A stretch of DNA of 64,000 nucleotides from an uncultured bacterium (GTDB taxonomy: Bacteria; Desulfobacterota_D; UBA1144; Nemesobacterales; UBA2774). Each line of letters starts with the position of its first letter. Within the stretch, counting starts at the first letter, position 1. The stretch covers positions 608,001-672,000 of the forward strand of contig CAVPJU010000006.1 of the NCBI GenBank assembly GCA_963705505.1, given 5' to 3'. The notes beneath the pieces are model-generated. The model saw nothing but the letters and a program-made list of their open reading frames with translations, had not been told where the DNA came from and made no database searches. Position numbers and translations under genes: made by a program. Shown piece after piece: positions 49,008 through 59,126 of this stretch.

Positions 49008-49954
49008 TGGATTTTTCCTTAGCCAGAAAGAAATCACTGGACACGAGACTTAAAAGAGCCGGTTCCGTAATTGATTTAGTCGGGGATACCCCGCTTATCA
49101 AATTGACTCATGTTACCGAACATCTGAGTCCGGGGGTGGAGGTGTATGCCAAGGCGGAATGGTTTAATCCGGGGGGCTCCGTAAAGGACAGGCCCGCGCT
49201 CTGGATGATTCTTGACGGAATCCGCACAGGCAATCTCACACCCGATAAAATCCTCATGGATTCCTCTTCCGGGAACACGGCTATTGCCTATGCCATGATA
49301 GGCGCCGCGCTCGGATACAAGGTCGAGCTCGTAACGCCTGAGAATATAAATATTGAAAGAAAAAAGACACTCCAGGCTTTCGGATCCAGGATTATATATT
49401 CCGATCCCCTTGAAGGCTCGGACGGGGCTATCAGGCTTGCAAGGAAGCTCAAGGCTGAAAACCCGGAAAAATATTTCATGCCCGATCAGTATAATAACCC
49501 CGAGAACCCGAAATCCCATTACGAGGGCACAGCGGTCGAGATATGGGAGCAGACTAAGGGGAGGGTGACGCACTTTCTTGCCGGGCTCGGCACGAGCGGG
49601 ACTTTCATGGGCACGTCGAAAAGGCTTAAGGAGCTGAACCCGGATATAACTGTGATCGCCGTTGAACCCGCCGAAGCCCTTCACGGGCTCGAAGGGATGA
49701 AGCATATGCCTACTTCGATAGTCCCGGGGATTTACGATTCCGCGTACCCTGATGAACTGATCAGAGTTACGACAGAAGACGCATATGATCTCATGAAGGA
49801 CCTGCTGAAAAAAGAGGGCATTTTCATAGGGCATTCGGGGGGCGCTGTCGCCTTTGCGACACTGGAGTACGCGAAGAAACTTAAAGAAGGGGTGCTTGTC
49901 ACAGTTTTCCCGGACGGCGGATACAGGTATTTGAGCGGGGGCATATGGTGGTAA
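49007..49954 (+). CDS. PLP-dependent cysteine synthase (CysM-like)
   Basis: KAEWFNPGGSVKDR, SSGNT, DQYNN, GLGTSGT, FPDGG.RYLS. Confidence 0.92.
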   Translation: MDFSLARKKSLDTRLKRAGSVIDLVGDTPLIKLTHVTEHLSPGVEVYAKAEWFNPGGSVKDRPALWMILDGIRTGNLTPDKILMDSSSGNTAIAYAMIGAALGYKVELVTPENINIERKKTLQAFGSRIIYSDPLEGSDGAIRLARKLKAENPEKYFMPDQYNNPENPKSHYEGTAVEIWEQTKGRVTHFLAGLGTSGTFMGTSKRLKELNPDITVIAVEPAEALHGLEGMKHMPTSIVPGIYDSAYPDELIRVTTEDAYDLMKDLLKKEGIFIGHSGGAVAFATLEYAKKLKEGVLVTVFPDGGYRYLSGGIWW

Positions 49955-50361
49955 AGATTCGTAAGTCCGTTTATGACGGGATAATCAAGCACGCGGAGTC
50001 GGGTTTCCCTTATGAGGTTTGCGGAGTGCTTATAGGCGCCGGCGGAGAGATTACACATTACAGGGAATGCAGGAACCTCAATACGGAAAGGGCTCACGAC
50101 CGATACGACATGGACCCGGTTTCATTTAAGGAAGCTGACGAGTGGGCCAGGGGGGACGGTTTGGAGATAGTCGGGATTTATCACTCTCACCCCGACCACC
50201 CCTCATTTGCCTCCGAAACGGACAGACAGAGGGCTTGGCCCGAATGGGTGTATATGATTTTCTCGATAAACGGCGGTAAATACAATGATGCAAGGGCCTG
50301 GGTACTCGAGGACTTCGATTCCAGGTTTATAGAAGAAGCTGTAGAATTATCGGATGGGTGA
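49945..50361 (+). CDS. JAMM/M67 metallopeptidase (Mec-like)
   Basis: PYEVCG, YHSHPDHPSFASETD. Confidence 0.92.
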   Translation: MVVKIRKSVYDGIIKHAESGFPYEVCGVLIGAGGEITHYRECRNLNTERAHDRYDMDPVSFKEADEWARGDGLEIVGIYHSHPDHPSFASETDRQRAWPEWVYMIFSINGGKYNDARAWVLEDFDSRFIEEAVELSDG

Positions 50362-50373
50362 GAGGTAACAACA

Positions 50374-51195
50374 GTGCGTTTAACGGAAGAACAGATTTAC
50401 AGGTACAGCAGACATATACTGCTTCCCGAAGTGGGCGGAGCCGGACAGGAAAAGCTCCTTAAATCCAAAGTATTCTGCCTTGGTATAGGTGGGCTCGGCT
50501 CGCCTATAGCTCTTTACCTTGTCGCTGCGGGAGTGGGCACGATAGGGATTGCGGACTCCGACACTGTGGATATTTCAAACCTCCACAGGCAGGTGCTTCA
50601 TTACACCGAGGATATAGGCAAGCCTAAGACCGAATCAGCCGGGGAGAAACTCGAAAAATTAAACCCGGACGTTAATATCATCCTTCATAACGGACTGATT
50701 TCTAAAGACAACATACGCGGAATTATTAGGGATTACGATATAGTCGTTGACGGCTCGGATAATTTCCCGACGAGATACCTCGTAAACGACGCATGTTATT
50801 TCGAGAAGAAAACGCTCGTGTCGGGAGCGATATTCCAGTTCGAAGGGCAGGTGGCGGTGTTCAAACCTCAGGCGGGAGGGGCGTGCTACAGGTGTCTATA
50901 TCCCGAGCTGCCGCCCAAGGGGATGATCCCGAATTGTCAGGAAGCCGGCATACTGGGCGCGGCGGCGGGCGCGATAGGGACGATACAGGCTCTCGAGACG
51001 TTAAAGCAGATACTGGAGATCGGCGAGCCTCTTACGGACCGCCTTCTCGTATTCAATGCGCTTAATATGTCGTTCAACTCGGTCAACATCAAGAAGGACC
51101 CCGGGTGCCGTCTCTGCGGCGGGAACCCTTCGATACACGGTGTTGACGATATTTCACGGCCGAATTGTGATTTTGAAAGCTCCCCTATATCCTGA
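50374..51195 (+). CDS. MoeB/ThiF adenylyltransferase without rhodanese domain
   Basis: RYSRHILL, GIGGLGS, SNLHRQ, DGSDNFPTRY, CYRC, CRLC. Confidence 0.92.
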   Translation: MRLTEEQIYRYSRHILLPEVGGAGQEKLLKSKVFCLGIGGLGSPIALYLVAAGVGTIGIADSDTVDISNLHRQVLHYTEDIGKPKTESAGEKLEKLNPDVNIILHNGLISKDNIRGIIRDYDIVVDGSDNFPTRYLVNDACYFEKKTLVSGAIFQFEGQVAVFKPQAGGACYRCLYPELPPKGMIPNCQEAGILGAAAGAIGTIQALETLKQILEIGEPLTDRLLVFNALNMSFNSVNIKKDPGCRLCGGNPSIHGVDDISRPNCDFESSPIS

Positions 51196-51293
51196 CGTCT
51201 TTTAAACTTGACAACCCCCCCCACCTCCCACATACTAAACTCCCGAAACTCCACCTCATGTTTTAAACACACTTAAGTTCGGAGAATTCCTTA

Positions 51294-52757
51294 ATGGATT
51301 TCAGCGAAGTAGTTAAAAGCACTCTGCTAATCGGACCCGAAGTTTCTTTGATACTCGCAGGAATAATATTGATCGTGCTTGACCCCATAACGAAGGGGGA
51401 GGTGAAAAAGAACCTGTTCTGGGTCGCGCTTCTCGGGCTCGCGCTCGGTTTTATTTTAAACCTCAAGAGGTTCGGCGGAGACGCGGCCGCTTTTTCGGGG
51501 GCATTGTCTCTCGACCAGTTCGCTGCGTATTTCAACGTTATTTTCCTTTTGGGGGCTGCGATCGCAGTGGTTTTCTCAAAGGATTATCTGACGGGTGTCG
51601 TTCATTATACGAGCGAGTTTTACGCGCTCATCCTGTTTTCCACATCCGGGATGATGATACTGGCTTCCGCAAAGGAGTTCATGTCCCTCTTCCTGGGCTT
51701 TGAGATCATGTCCATTTCCGTTTACGTAATGTCGGCTCTTAACAGAAAATCGGCCCGCTCGACTGAGGCGGGCATAAAGTATCTCATTCTCGGAGGGTTT
51801 TCCTCGGCGATACTGCTTTACGGGATAGCGCTTCTCTACGGGGCTTCCGGTTCGATATACCTGACTGAAATATTTAAAAACTTCGACATAGCCAATCCGC
51901 TCTATGTCGCTGGCAGCGCGCTCGTTCTCGTAGGCTTCATATTCAAGATCGGCGCGTTTCCCCTCCATCAATGGGTGCCCGATGTGTACGAAGGAGCGCC
52001 GATGACGGCTACGGCTTTTATGTCCGTGGGGGTCAAGGCCGCGGCTTTCGCAATTCTGCTGAGGGTAATTTTCGAGGGATTCTACCAGCTCCAGGTGAGC
52101 ATAATGCCCGTCCTCTGGATAGTCGCGATATTTACGATGATCGTGGGCAACATCGCGGCGATTGCACAGAAAAACATAAAGCGCATGCTCGCATACTCGA
52201 GTATCGCTCATGCGGGATACGTCCTTGTGGGGGTGGTGGCCGCGTACGGCGGGAAGGAGCTCGGCGTGGGGAGCGTCATTTACTACCTTTTCGCGTATAC
52301 GTTCATGAACCTGGGGGCTTTCGGCGTGCTGTCATACCTCTCGAGGGACGGGCACGAGTGTGAGACCTTCGAGGACATAGCCGGTCTCTGGGGGAGGAGG
52401 CCTTTTCTCGCCCTCGCGTTAGGCGTATTTATGTTTTCACTTGCGGGCATACCGCCCACAATCGGCTTCTTCGCTAAATACCGGGTGTTTTTATCCGCCG
52501 TGCAGGCTGGGTTTTACTGGCTTGCCGTTATCGGCATACTGAGCAGCGTCGTCTCGGCGTATTACTATCTGAGGGTGTTGGTTTACGCATATATGAAGGA
52601 GGAGACGGTTGCGTTCCCTTCGTTCAAAATCGCTTCGTCCGTGGCGCTCGTCATCCTTTCCGTCGGGACTCTCGTGCTCGGGGTCTTTCCCTTCGACTCC
52701 TGGGACCTGGCTATCAAGGCCGCTGGCTCCGTCCTGCTGGCTGTCAGGGGCGGCTGA
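51294..52757 (+). CDS. nuoN: NADH-quinone oxidoreductase subunit N
   Basis: EAGIKY, FKIGAFPLHQWVPDVYEGAP, KRMLAYSSIAHAGY, SLAGIPP. Confidence 0.95.
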   Translation: MDFSEVVKSTLLIGPEVSLILAGIILIVLDPITKGEVKKNLFWVALLGLALGFILNLKRFGGDAAAFSGALSLDQFAAYFNVIFLLGAAIAVVFSKDYLTGVVHYTSEFYALILFSTSGMMILASAKEFMSLFLGFEIMSISVYVMSALNRKSARSTEAGIKYLILGGFSSAILLYGIALLYGASGSIYLTEIFKNFDIANPLYVAGSALVLVGFIFKIGAFPLHQWVPDVYEGAPMTATAFMSVGVKAAAFAILLRVIFEGFYQLQVSIMPVLWIVAIFTMIVGNIAAIAQKNIKRMLAYSSIAHAGYVLVGVVAAYGGKELGVGSVIYYLFAYTFMNLGAFGVLSYLSRDGHECETFEDIAGLWGRRPFLALALGVFMFSLAGIPPTIGFFAKYRVFLSAVQAGFYWLAVIGILSSVVSAYYYLRVLVYAYMKEETVAFPSFKIASSVALVILSVGTLVLGVFPFDSWDLAIKAAGSVLLAVRGG

Positions 52758-52939
52758 GCATCCCTAACGTGCCAGAATAATGAGATAATCTTCCAAATGT
52801 GCCCCTAACTCCCTGCCGTTTATTTGAGGCCGTACCCGGAGTTCGTTTCATATATTCTTATCCGCGGATAAGGACGACTTTGAAAATCAACGATTTTGCA
52901 TACTTATCCCGACTATTGTATAATTAGCTTTAAGATTAT

Positions 52940-55243
52940 ATGGCTAAAAGAAAAAGCAGTACTCGACAGGAATCCTCAGACTACATAGTCCGGGAGATTA
53001 TAGCCGCTTTTTTATTCACGGTCGGCCTATTCTCAGCCCTGAGCCTCATATTCTATAGCTCTAAGACGGGCCTCGATGTTAAAGGAGCCATGGGCGCAAT
53101 TGGGGTCTATATCTCGGGCGTACTCGGAAAAGCATTCGGCGTATGCGCTTTTGTCGTCCCCCTCGTTCTCTTTTATACCTCGGTCGTCGTTTTCATTAAT
53201 AAAGCCGGGGGGAATTTATATAGAAAGACCGCGTCCGCTCTCCTCCTCCTCGTTTCTGTAATGGTGTTTCTCGGACTCCTGTACCCGAATACCAAGCTCC
53301 TCGGTTTTAACCCCGGGGGAGGGTGGGTCGGGGATACGGCCGCTTCAATAATGAGGGACAGCGTAGCAGGCGACGTAGGCTCTTATCTGATTGTAACCAT
53401 ACTCCTTCTGGTCAGTTTAATAATAATATCGGGAGTTACTCTCTCTGACCTCTTGGGCGCGCTCGGAAGCGTCTCGATGTTTATCGCCGAGAAATCATAT
53501 GCGTTATCAAAGTATTTCATCATGTTGAGCGGCGGATTCCTTATCTCTCTGACGAAGTCCCTTTCCAAACCCGGGGCGCGTGTGAATTCCAGGCCCGCGC
53601 GGACTAAGGGGAACGGTATGATAAGGCTTAACGGGAAGAAGAAGGTTGAAGACGATATAGCCCTTTTCGACGACGATCTGCCGGAGTACGAGGACGAGGA
53701 AGAAGATGAAATTTCAGAGGACGATAAACCCGAAATAGTCGTGGAGCAGCCCAAATTGAAGGGGCTCGAGGATTTCTTTCCTAAAAAAGAAGTGATACAC
53801 AAGGACTATAAACTCCCCCCACACGATCTGCTCGACCCCAAGACGGAATCCGGAATCGAGATAGACAGGGACGCCGTTTACGAGAAGGCGAGGCTTATCG
53901 AAGAGAAGCTGAGAGATTTCGGGGTATCCGGCAAGGTTACGGAGATAAGGCCGGGCCCTGTAATAACGATGTTCGAATATAAGCCCGCTCCCGGCATCAA
54001 GATTAACAGAATAGCCGCTCTCGAAGGCGACCTCGCCATGGGGCTGAGCGCCTTCAGTATAAGGATAGTAGCCCCTATCCCGGGTAAAGACGTAATCGGG
54101 ATAGAGGTCCCGAATGCGAAGAGGGAGATGGTCGTCCTCAGGGAGCTACTCGAGGACGTGGAATTCTCGAAGAGAAAGTCCATGCTGACGCTCGCCCTCG
54201 GTAAGGACATATCGGGACTGCCCTTTTATATGGATCTGAGGAAGGCTCCTCACCTCATGATCGCGGGAACGACCGGTTCGGGTAAGAGCGTCCTCTTAAA
54301 TGCCGTGATTACGAGCATGCTCTATAAGGCGAGCCCGTATGAGCTGAAGTTCATAATGATCGACCCCAAGATGCTCGAGCTGTCGGTGTATGAGGACATA
54401 CCGCACCTCCTCCACCCTGTAGTGACGGAGCCGAAAAAAGCCGCCGCCGCGCTCAGGTGGGCTGTAGAGGAGATGGAGAAGAGGTACAGGATATTGTCTG
54501 ATGAGGGCGTGAGGGACATAGAGACCCACAATAGAAACGTCGAAAAACTGAGGACTGAAGACAAGTGGGACAAGCTCCTTCCCTACATAGTAATCGTGCT
54601 CGACGAGCTTGCAGACCTTATGATGATTGCGCCTAGCGAAATAAAGGAATCGATTACGAGGCTCTCTCAGAAGGCACGGGCCGCCGGGATTCACCTGATC
54701 GTCGCCACGCAGCGCCCCTCGGCTGATATCGTGGCGGGGCTGATAAAGGCGAACTTCCCGGCGAGGATATCATTCTTGGTATTATCAAAGATTGATTCGC
54801 GTATCATTCTGGATACGGGCGGGGCGGAGAGGCTCCTCGGAAAAGGGGATATGCTGTTCCTCGAGCCCGGGACTTCGAAGCTCCTGAGGATACAGGGGGC
54901 ATTGATTTCTGACGAGGAGAGGGAGGGGATCACGGAGTATGTCAAATCCCAGGGCAAGCCTGTTTACAACGAAGAGATCACGTACATAGAGGAGACGGAC
55001 GGCAGCGACGACCTCGAGAGCGAAAAGGACGAGCTCTATTATGAGGCGCTCCGGACAATAGCCGAAACGCGTCAGGCGTCGATATCCATGCTCCAGAGGA
55101 AGCTCAGAATAGGTTATAATAGAGCTGCCCGGATAGTGGAAATTATGGAGAAAGAGGGTGTGGTGGGTCCCCAGGAGGTGGCGGGGAAGCCGAGGGAAGT
55201 ATATATAGACTTAAGTCAGATCAGCGAGAGGCATACGAGTTGA
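52940..55243 (+). CDS. ftsK: DNA translocase FtsK
   Basis: N-terminal TM domain; PHLMIAGTTGSGKS, IDPKMLEL, ATQRPS; gamma domain IGYNRAAR. Confidence 0.97.
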   Translation: MAKRKSSTRQESSDYIVREIIAAFLFTVGLFSALSLIFYSSKTGLDVKGAMGAIGVYISGVLGKAFGVCAFVVPLVLFYTSVVVFINKAGGNLYRKTASALLLLVSVMVFLGLLYPNTKLLGFNPGGGWVGDTAASIMRDSVAGDVGSYLIVTILLLVSLIIISGVTLSDLLGALGSVSMFIAEKSYALSKYFIMLSGGFLISLTKSLSKPGARVNSRPARTKGNGMIRLNGKKKVEDDIALFDDDLPEYEDEEEDEISEDDKPEIVVEQPKLKGLEDFFPKKEVIHKDYKLPPHDLLDPKTESGIEIDRDAVYEKARLIEEKLRDFGVSGKVTEIRPGPVITMFEYKPAPGIKINRIAALEGDLAMGLSAFSIRIVAPIPGKDVIGIEVPNAKREMVVLRELLEDVEFSKRKSMLTLALGKDISGLPFYMDLRKAPHLMIAGTTGSGKSVLLNAVITSMLYKASPYELKFIMIDPKMLELSVYEDIPHLLHPVVTEPKKAAAALRWAVEEMEKRYRILSDEGVRDIETHNRNVEKLRTEDKWDKLLPYIVIVLDELADLMMIAPSEIKESITRLSQKARAAGIHLIVATQRPSADIVAGLIKANFPARISFLVLSKIDSRIILDTGGAERLLGKGDMLFLEPGTSKLLRIQGALISDEEREGITEYVKSQGKPVYNEEITYIEETDGSDDLESEKDELYYEALRTIAETRQASISMLQRKLRIGYNRAARIVEIMEKEGVVGPQEVAGKPREVYIDLSQISERHTS

Positions 55244-55917
55244 AAAAGTTCATTATTGTCGTTTTGGGGTTATTATTATCGTCGACGGCGGCGTTTTCCG
55301 CGAAGGACGAAGCACTTGACGTCGTAGTCGACAAGATACAGAAGAAGTACGAAGAGATCGAGGATTTTCATGCTGACTTTACTCAGGAGGCGATGGTCAA
55401 AGCCTTGAACAAGGTGCAGAAAGCGGACGGCGAAGTGTGGTTCAAGAAGCCCGGGAAGATGAGATGGAATTACTATGAGCCTTTTAAAGACGAGATAGTG
55501 TCGGACGGGCGGACACTATGGTTTTACAACGCGCAGGAAAAGCAGGTTATAGAATCCCCGCTGGATCAGGTGTCTGAGACGGAGACTACTTCCACTCTGC
55601 TTTCGGGGCTCGGGAAAATCAAGGAGCTATTCAAAGCGAGTTTCTCCGGATCGAAGGAGTTTGAAGCCGACGGGAACTACCTTATCGACCTCAAGCCGAA
55701 GGATGAGGGGGAAGACTACAATAAAGTGACCATTTCCGTCGACAAAGGTACGATGATGGTCAACACGCTTTACCTCTACGACCCCTTCGGGAATTTGACC
55801 AAGGTTATGCTTAAAAATATAGGGATTGATAAAGGGGTTTCGGATTCTTTATTTGATTTCAATGTGCCGAGCGGTGTCGAGGTAATAAAACCTCCGACAT
55901 CAGCAGCCGGGCAGTAA
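55240..55917 (+). CDS. lolA: Outer-membrane lipoprotein carrier
   Basis: Signal peptide; ADFTQ, KKPGKMRWNY, IVSDG.TLW; follows ftsK. Confidence 0.9.
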   Translation: MKKFIIVVLGLLLSSTAAFSAKDEALDVVVDKIQKKYEEIEDFHADFTQEAMVKALNKVQKADGEVWFKKPGKMRWNYYEPFKDEIVSDGRTLWFYNAQEKQVIESPLDQVSETETTSTLLSGLGKIKELFKASFSGSKEFEADGNYLIDLKPKDEGEDYNKVTISVDKGTMMVNTLYLYDPFGNLTKVMLKNIGIDKGVSDSLFDFNVPSGVEVIKPPTSAAGQ

Positions 55918-55941
55918 GAAGTCGGAATGGAGGATTTCCCG

Positions 55942-56274
55942 ATGAAACGATTACTTCTGAATTCATTCTTTGTTATGACAATTGCGGTTTCAGTCGCCTC
56001 AGTTGCATATGCCCAGGATCAGGGGTTCAGCCCTTCCGAGGACCAGCAGAATTTCATCGTGTCCGTCAAAGCTCTTCCGGATATTATTCAGGCGACCTGG
56101 CAGTCGCCATTAGACCTCTGGGTTTACGCAGACGGTGTGAATCAGGGGAACGCCGAAGCTATAGCGGAAAAGGTGATACTTCTCGCGCAGACTGAACTCG
56201 GGCAGAGCCTCTGCGTTCACGTACACAACGGCGACTTCAATCCGCTTGCCACCAAATGCTGGTCGTCTCTCTAA
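55942..56274 (+). CDS. Hypothetical secreted protein
   Basis: GGAGG RBS; signal peptide ending AYA; two C-terminal Cys. Confidence 0.7.
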   Translation: MKRLLLNSFFVMTIAVSVASVAYAQDQGFSPSEDQQNFIVSVKALPDIIQATWQSPLDLWVYADGVNQGNAEAIAEKVILLAQTELGQSLCVHVHNGDFNPLATKCWSSL

Positions 56275-56408
56275 ATTTCAATCTCAGTTAAATACCGAAA
56301 AGAACTATCCGCGGTTAAACAGGTCGAAAGCGGGGGGTGAAGAGCCCCATACATGATTGGCGTCCTGGCGGGTATATATAGGGTTTATGCTGCTATTGTA
56401 ATCGGGCT

Positions 56409-57638
56409 CTATCTGTCTATCTCGCCGAGTACGATGTCGAGGCTTCCTATTGCGGCGATTACGTCTGCGAGGAGTCTTCCCTTGACCATATTGGGGAGGG
56501 CCATCATGTTGACGAATGACGGTCCCCTCACGCGCATCCTGTAGGGTTTTCCGGAGCCGTCGCTCACGAGGTAATACGAAAGCTCACCCTTCGGGTTTTC
56601 CACCGCGTGCTGAATCTCTCCCACAGGCGGTTTGAACCCCTCATAGACAAGGACGAAGTGTCTGATCAGGGATTCCATTCTGGTGTATGTGAGCTGTTTT
56701 TCCGGCAGCACCACGTCCGGGAGGTCCGCTGCGTAAGGACCGTCGGGAAGGTTGTTTATCCCCTGCTCTATAATCCTCAAGCTCTGGCGCATCTCTTCCA
56801 TTCTGCAGAGGAATCGCGAGTACGCGTCTCCCTCCGTCGCGACGGGGACTTCGAAGTCGTAATTCTCGTATCCGAGGTATGGCATCGCCTTTCTTATGTC
56901 ATACGGAACTCCGCTTCCTCTGAGGGCAGGGCCCGTGAGACCCAGGTCGATGGCGTCCTCAGCGCTTATGAACGCGACCCCCTTTGTCCTCTCGATCCAT
57001 ATGCGGTTTCTCGTGAGTAGCTTGTCGACTTCAGTGAGCGTGCTCGGAAATATCTTGAGGAAATTCCTGACCTTTTCCTCGAAATCGTCAGGCAGGTCGA
57101 GAGGGAGCCCTCCCACCCTCGGATAGGAAGTGGTGAGCCTCGCTCCGCATACGGTCTCGAGAATATCGTAGATCCTCTCCCTTTCTTTAAAGCAGTAGAG
57201 GAAAGCGCTCATCGCGCCAAGGTCGAGCGCGTTAGTTCCGATTCCGACGAGGTGCGATTCTATCCTGCCGAGCTCGAATAGTATTACCTCAGCAGTCTTT
57301 GCCCTTTCCGGTATCGCGTCCTGTATGCCGAGCAGTTTTTCGACGGCAAGAATAAAACCTATGTTGTTGCATATCGATGCCAGGTAATCCATCCTGTCCG
57401 TATAGGGCAGGCACTGCTGATACGTGATGTTCTCGCATAATTTCTCGATGCCGCGGTGAAGATAGCCGATGTAGGGGACGGCTTTAACGACGGTCTCGCC
57501 GTCGAGATAAAGGACTACTCGCAGGACCCCGTGAGTGGACGGGTGCTGCGGCCCCATGTTCAGCATCATGGTCTCGGTCCTGATTCCCGTATCGGCGTTA
57601 AAGTCCGATTCCCGGCTTATGAACTCCACTCTTTCCAT
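56409..57638 (-). CDS. nuoD: NADH-quinone oxidoreductase subunit D
   Basis: NMGPQHPSTHGVLR, GYLHRGIEK, DIVLGEIDR; start overlaps the nuoC stop (TAATG). Confidence 0.96.
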   Translation of the reverse strand: MERVEFISRESDFNADTGIRTETMMLNMGPQHPSTHGVLRVVLYLDGETVVKAVPYIGYLHRGIEKLCENITYQQCLPYTDRMDYLASICNNIGFILAVEKLLGIQDAIPERAKTAEVILFELGRIESHLVGIGTNALDLGAMSAFLYCFKERERIYDILETVCGARLTTSYPRVGGLPLDLPDDFEEKVRNFLKIFPSTLTEVDKLLTRNRIWIERTKGVAFISAEDAIDLGLTGPALRGSGVPYDIRKAMPYLGYENYDFEVPVATEGDAYSRFLCRMEEMRQSLRIIEQGINNLPDGPYAADLPDVVLPEKQLTYTRMESLIRHFVLVYEGFKPPVGEIQHAVENPKGELSYYLVSDGSGKPYRMRVRGPSFVNMMALPNMVKGRLLADVIAAIGSLDIVLGEIDR

Positions 57639-58159
57639 TACTCTGTTCCTTCTCTGAGAGCCCTTTCGAATGAGCGTTTTGAAGGCTCGCGGTCTCTGAC
57701 GTCGAAGTCCTTCCTCAGAGGGAAGGGTTCGTAGTCCTCCGGCATGAGTATCCTTCTCAGGTCGGGGTGTCCCGTGAATACGATTCCGAACATATCGTAG
57801 ACCTCCCTTTCGAGCCAATCAGCGCCGCTCCAGATATGCGTTACGGAATCTATCTTCAGATTGTTTTCGTGGACTTCGGCTTTTAGTCTTAATCTGATAT
57901 TTTCATCGATCTCGGGGCCAAACCTGTGGACGTGATATACGACTTCGTAGCGGGGTGTCTTCACTTCGAGATAATCTACCGCCGTAAGATCTGCTAAAAA
58001 CGTAAAGCCGAACGTGCCTTTAAGGCGGCTGCAGACGTCTGAAATTTTATCTTTGTCTATGAGGAGAGTGGTTTCTCCCCTGAAGTCGAATCTGGTTTTG
58101 ATAGTCCCGGGGAGCTCGGAATCCACGGCTTCTATAATGGAGTTGATATCGAAACTCAT
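57638..58159 (-). CDS. nuoC: NADH-quinone oxidoreductase subunit C
   Basis: [37 protein letters not shown]. Confidence 0.95.
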   Translation of the reverse strand: MSFDINSIIEAVDSELPGTIKTRFDFRGETTLLIDKDKISDVCSRLKGTFGFTFLADLTAVDYLEVKTPRYEVVYHVHRFGPEIDENIRLRLKAEVHENNLKIDSVTHIWSGADWLEREVYDMFGIVFTGHPDLRRILMPEDYEPFPLRKDFDVRDREPSKRSFERALREGTE

Positions 58160-58641
58160 ACTACGGGAGCACCTTCCATATCTATCTTCTTTTGTATCTT
58201 CATGACCGCGTCGATTATCGCTTCGGGCCTCGGCGGGCATCCTCCGATGTACACATCTACAGGGAGGAATTCGTCGATTCCCTGAACGACCGCATAACTA
58301 TCGAAGGGCCCGCCGCCGCAGGTACAGGAGCCCATAGCGATTACCCATTTGGGCTCGGGCATCTGGTCATATATCATCCTGCAGACGGAAGCCATTTTAT
58401 AGGTTATGGTGCCCGATACTATCATCAGGTCCGCCTGTCTCGGCGAGAAACGCGCGACCTCTGCGCCAAACCTCGAAAGGTCGAACCTCGAAGCGAATAC
58501 TCCCATCATTTCTATAGCGCAGCACGCCGTGCCGAAGGGCATGGGCCAGAGACTGTTTTTCCTGCCCCAATTTGCGAACGCCTCTATCGTGGTTGTAATA
58601 AAGCCGTCGCCGCCCAGGAGGGAATTCGAATTTACTCCCAT
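58156..58641 (-). CDS. nuoB: NADH-quinone oxidoreductase subunit B
   Basis: [26 protein letters not shown]. Confidence 0.97.
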   Translation of the reverse strand: MGVNSNSLLGGDGFITTTIEAFANWGRKNSLWPMPFGTACCAIEMMGVFASRFDLSRFGAEVARFSPRQADLMIVSGTITYKMASVCRMIYDQMPEPKWVIAMGSCTCGGGPFDSYAVVQGIDEFLPVDVYIGGCPPRPEAIIDAVMKIQKKIDMEGAPVV

Positions 58642-58988
58642 TCGAGAGCTCCTTTTTTAACAATATAGAAATAACCGCCTAATATCACTATCAGAAACAC
58701 AATGATTTCGATGAGCGCGGGAAGCCCCAGTTCTTTAAAAACGACGGCCCAGGCGAAGAGGAATACCGCTTCCACGTCGAAAAGTATGAACAGTGCGCCT
58801 ATGAGATAGTACTTTATCGAAAACTTGCCCCTGGTGTCTCCCGTAGGCGGTATCCCCGACTCATAAGGGGATAATTTCCTTTTGGAATCGCGCCTGGGGC
58901 CGACCACCGCGGAGAGCCCGAGCATTGCGGCTGCCAGGATAATTGCCAGGACCATTATCAGGAGAATGGGGATGTAATCGCCGAGCAC
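58632..58988 (-). CDS. nuoA: NADH-quinone oxidoreductase subunit A
   Basis: [20 protein letters not shown]. Confidence 0.96.
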   Translation of the reverse strand: MLGDYIPILLIMVLAIILAAAMLGLSAVVGPRRDSKRKLSPYESGIPPTGDTRGKFSIKYYLIGALFILFDVEAVFLFAWAVVFKELGLPALIEIIVFLIVILGGYFYIVKKGALEWE

Positions 58989-59126
58989 AGGATTAGATTA
59001 TGTCGTACAGGGGAATTGTCAAGAATTTGTTGCAGGAGTTGCGGTTAAATCCGGCGAGGTCTAATAACGGGATGATTATGCGGCTCAATGTGTTAGAATT
59101 ATTTCCACATTTAACGGAGGTCGGCA

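Noticed and set aside
49945..51195. E1-like plus JAB genes as a CBASS/Bil-type ubiquitin-like defence system
   Set aside because: No E2, cyclase or effector; coupling to cysteine synthase and TusA points to sulfur metabolism.
57639..57818. N-terminal extension of NuoD in the ORF track (also extensions on NuoC, HU, the CBM48 protein and the RluB-like gene)
   Set aside because: Overlap junctions or RBS positions support the downstream starts used here.
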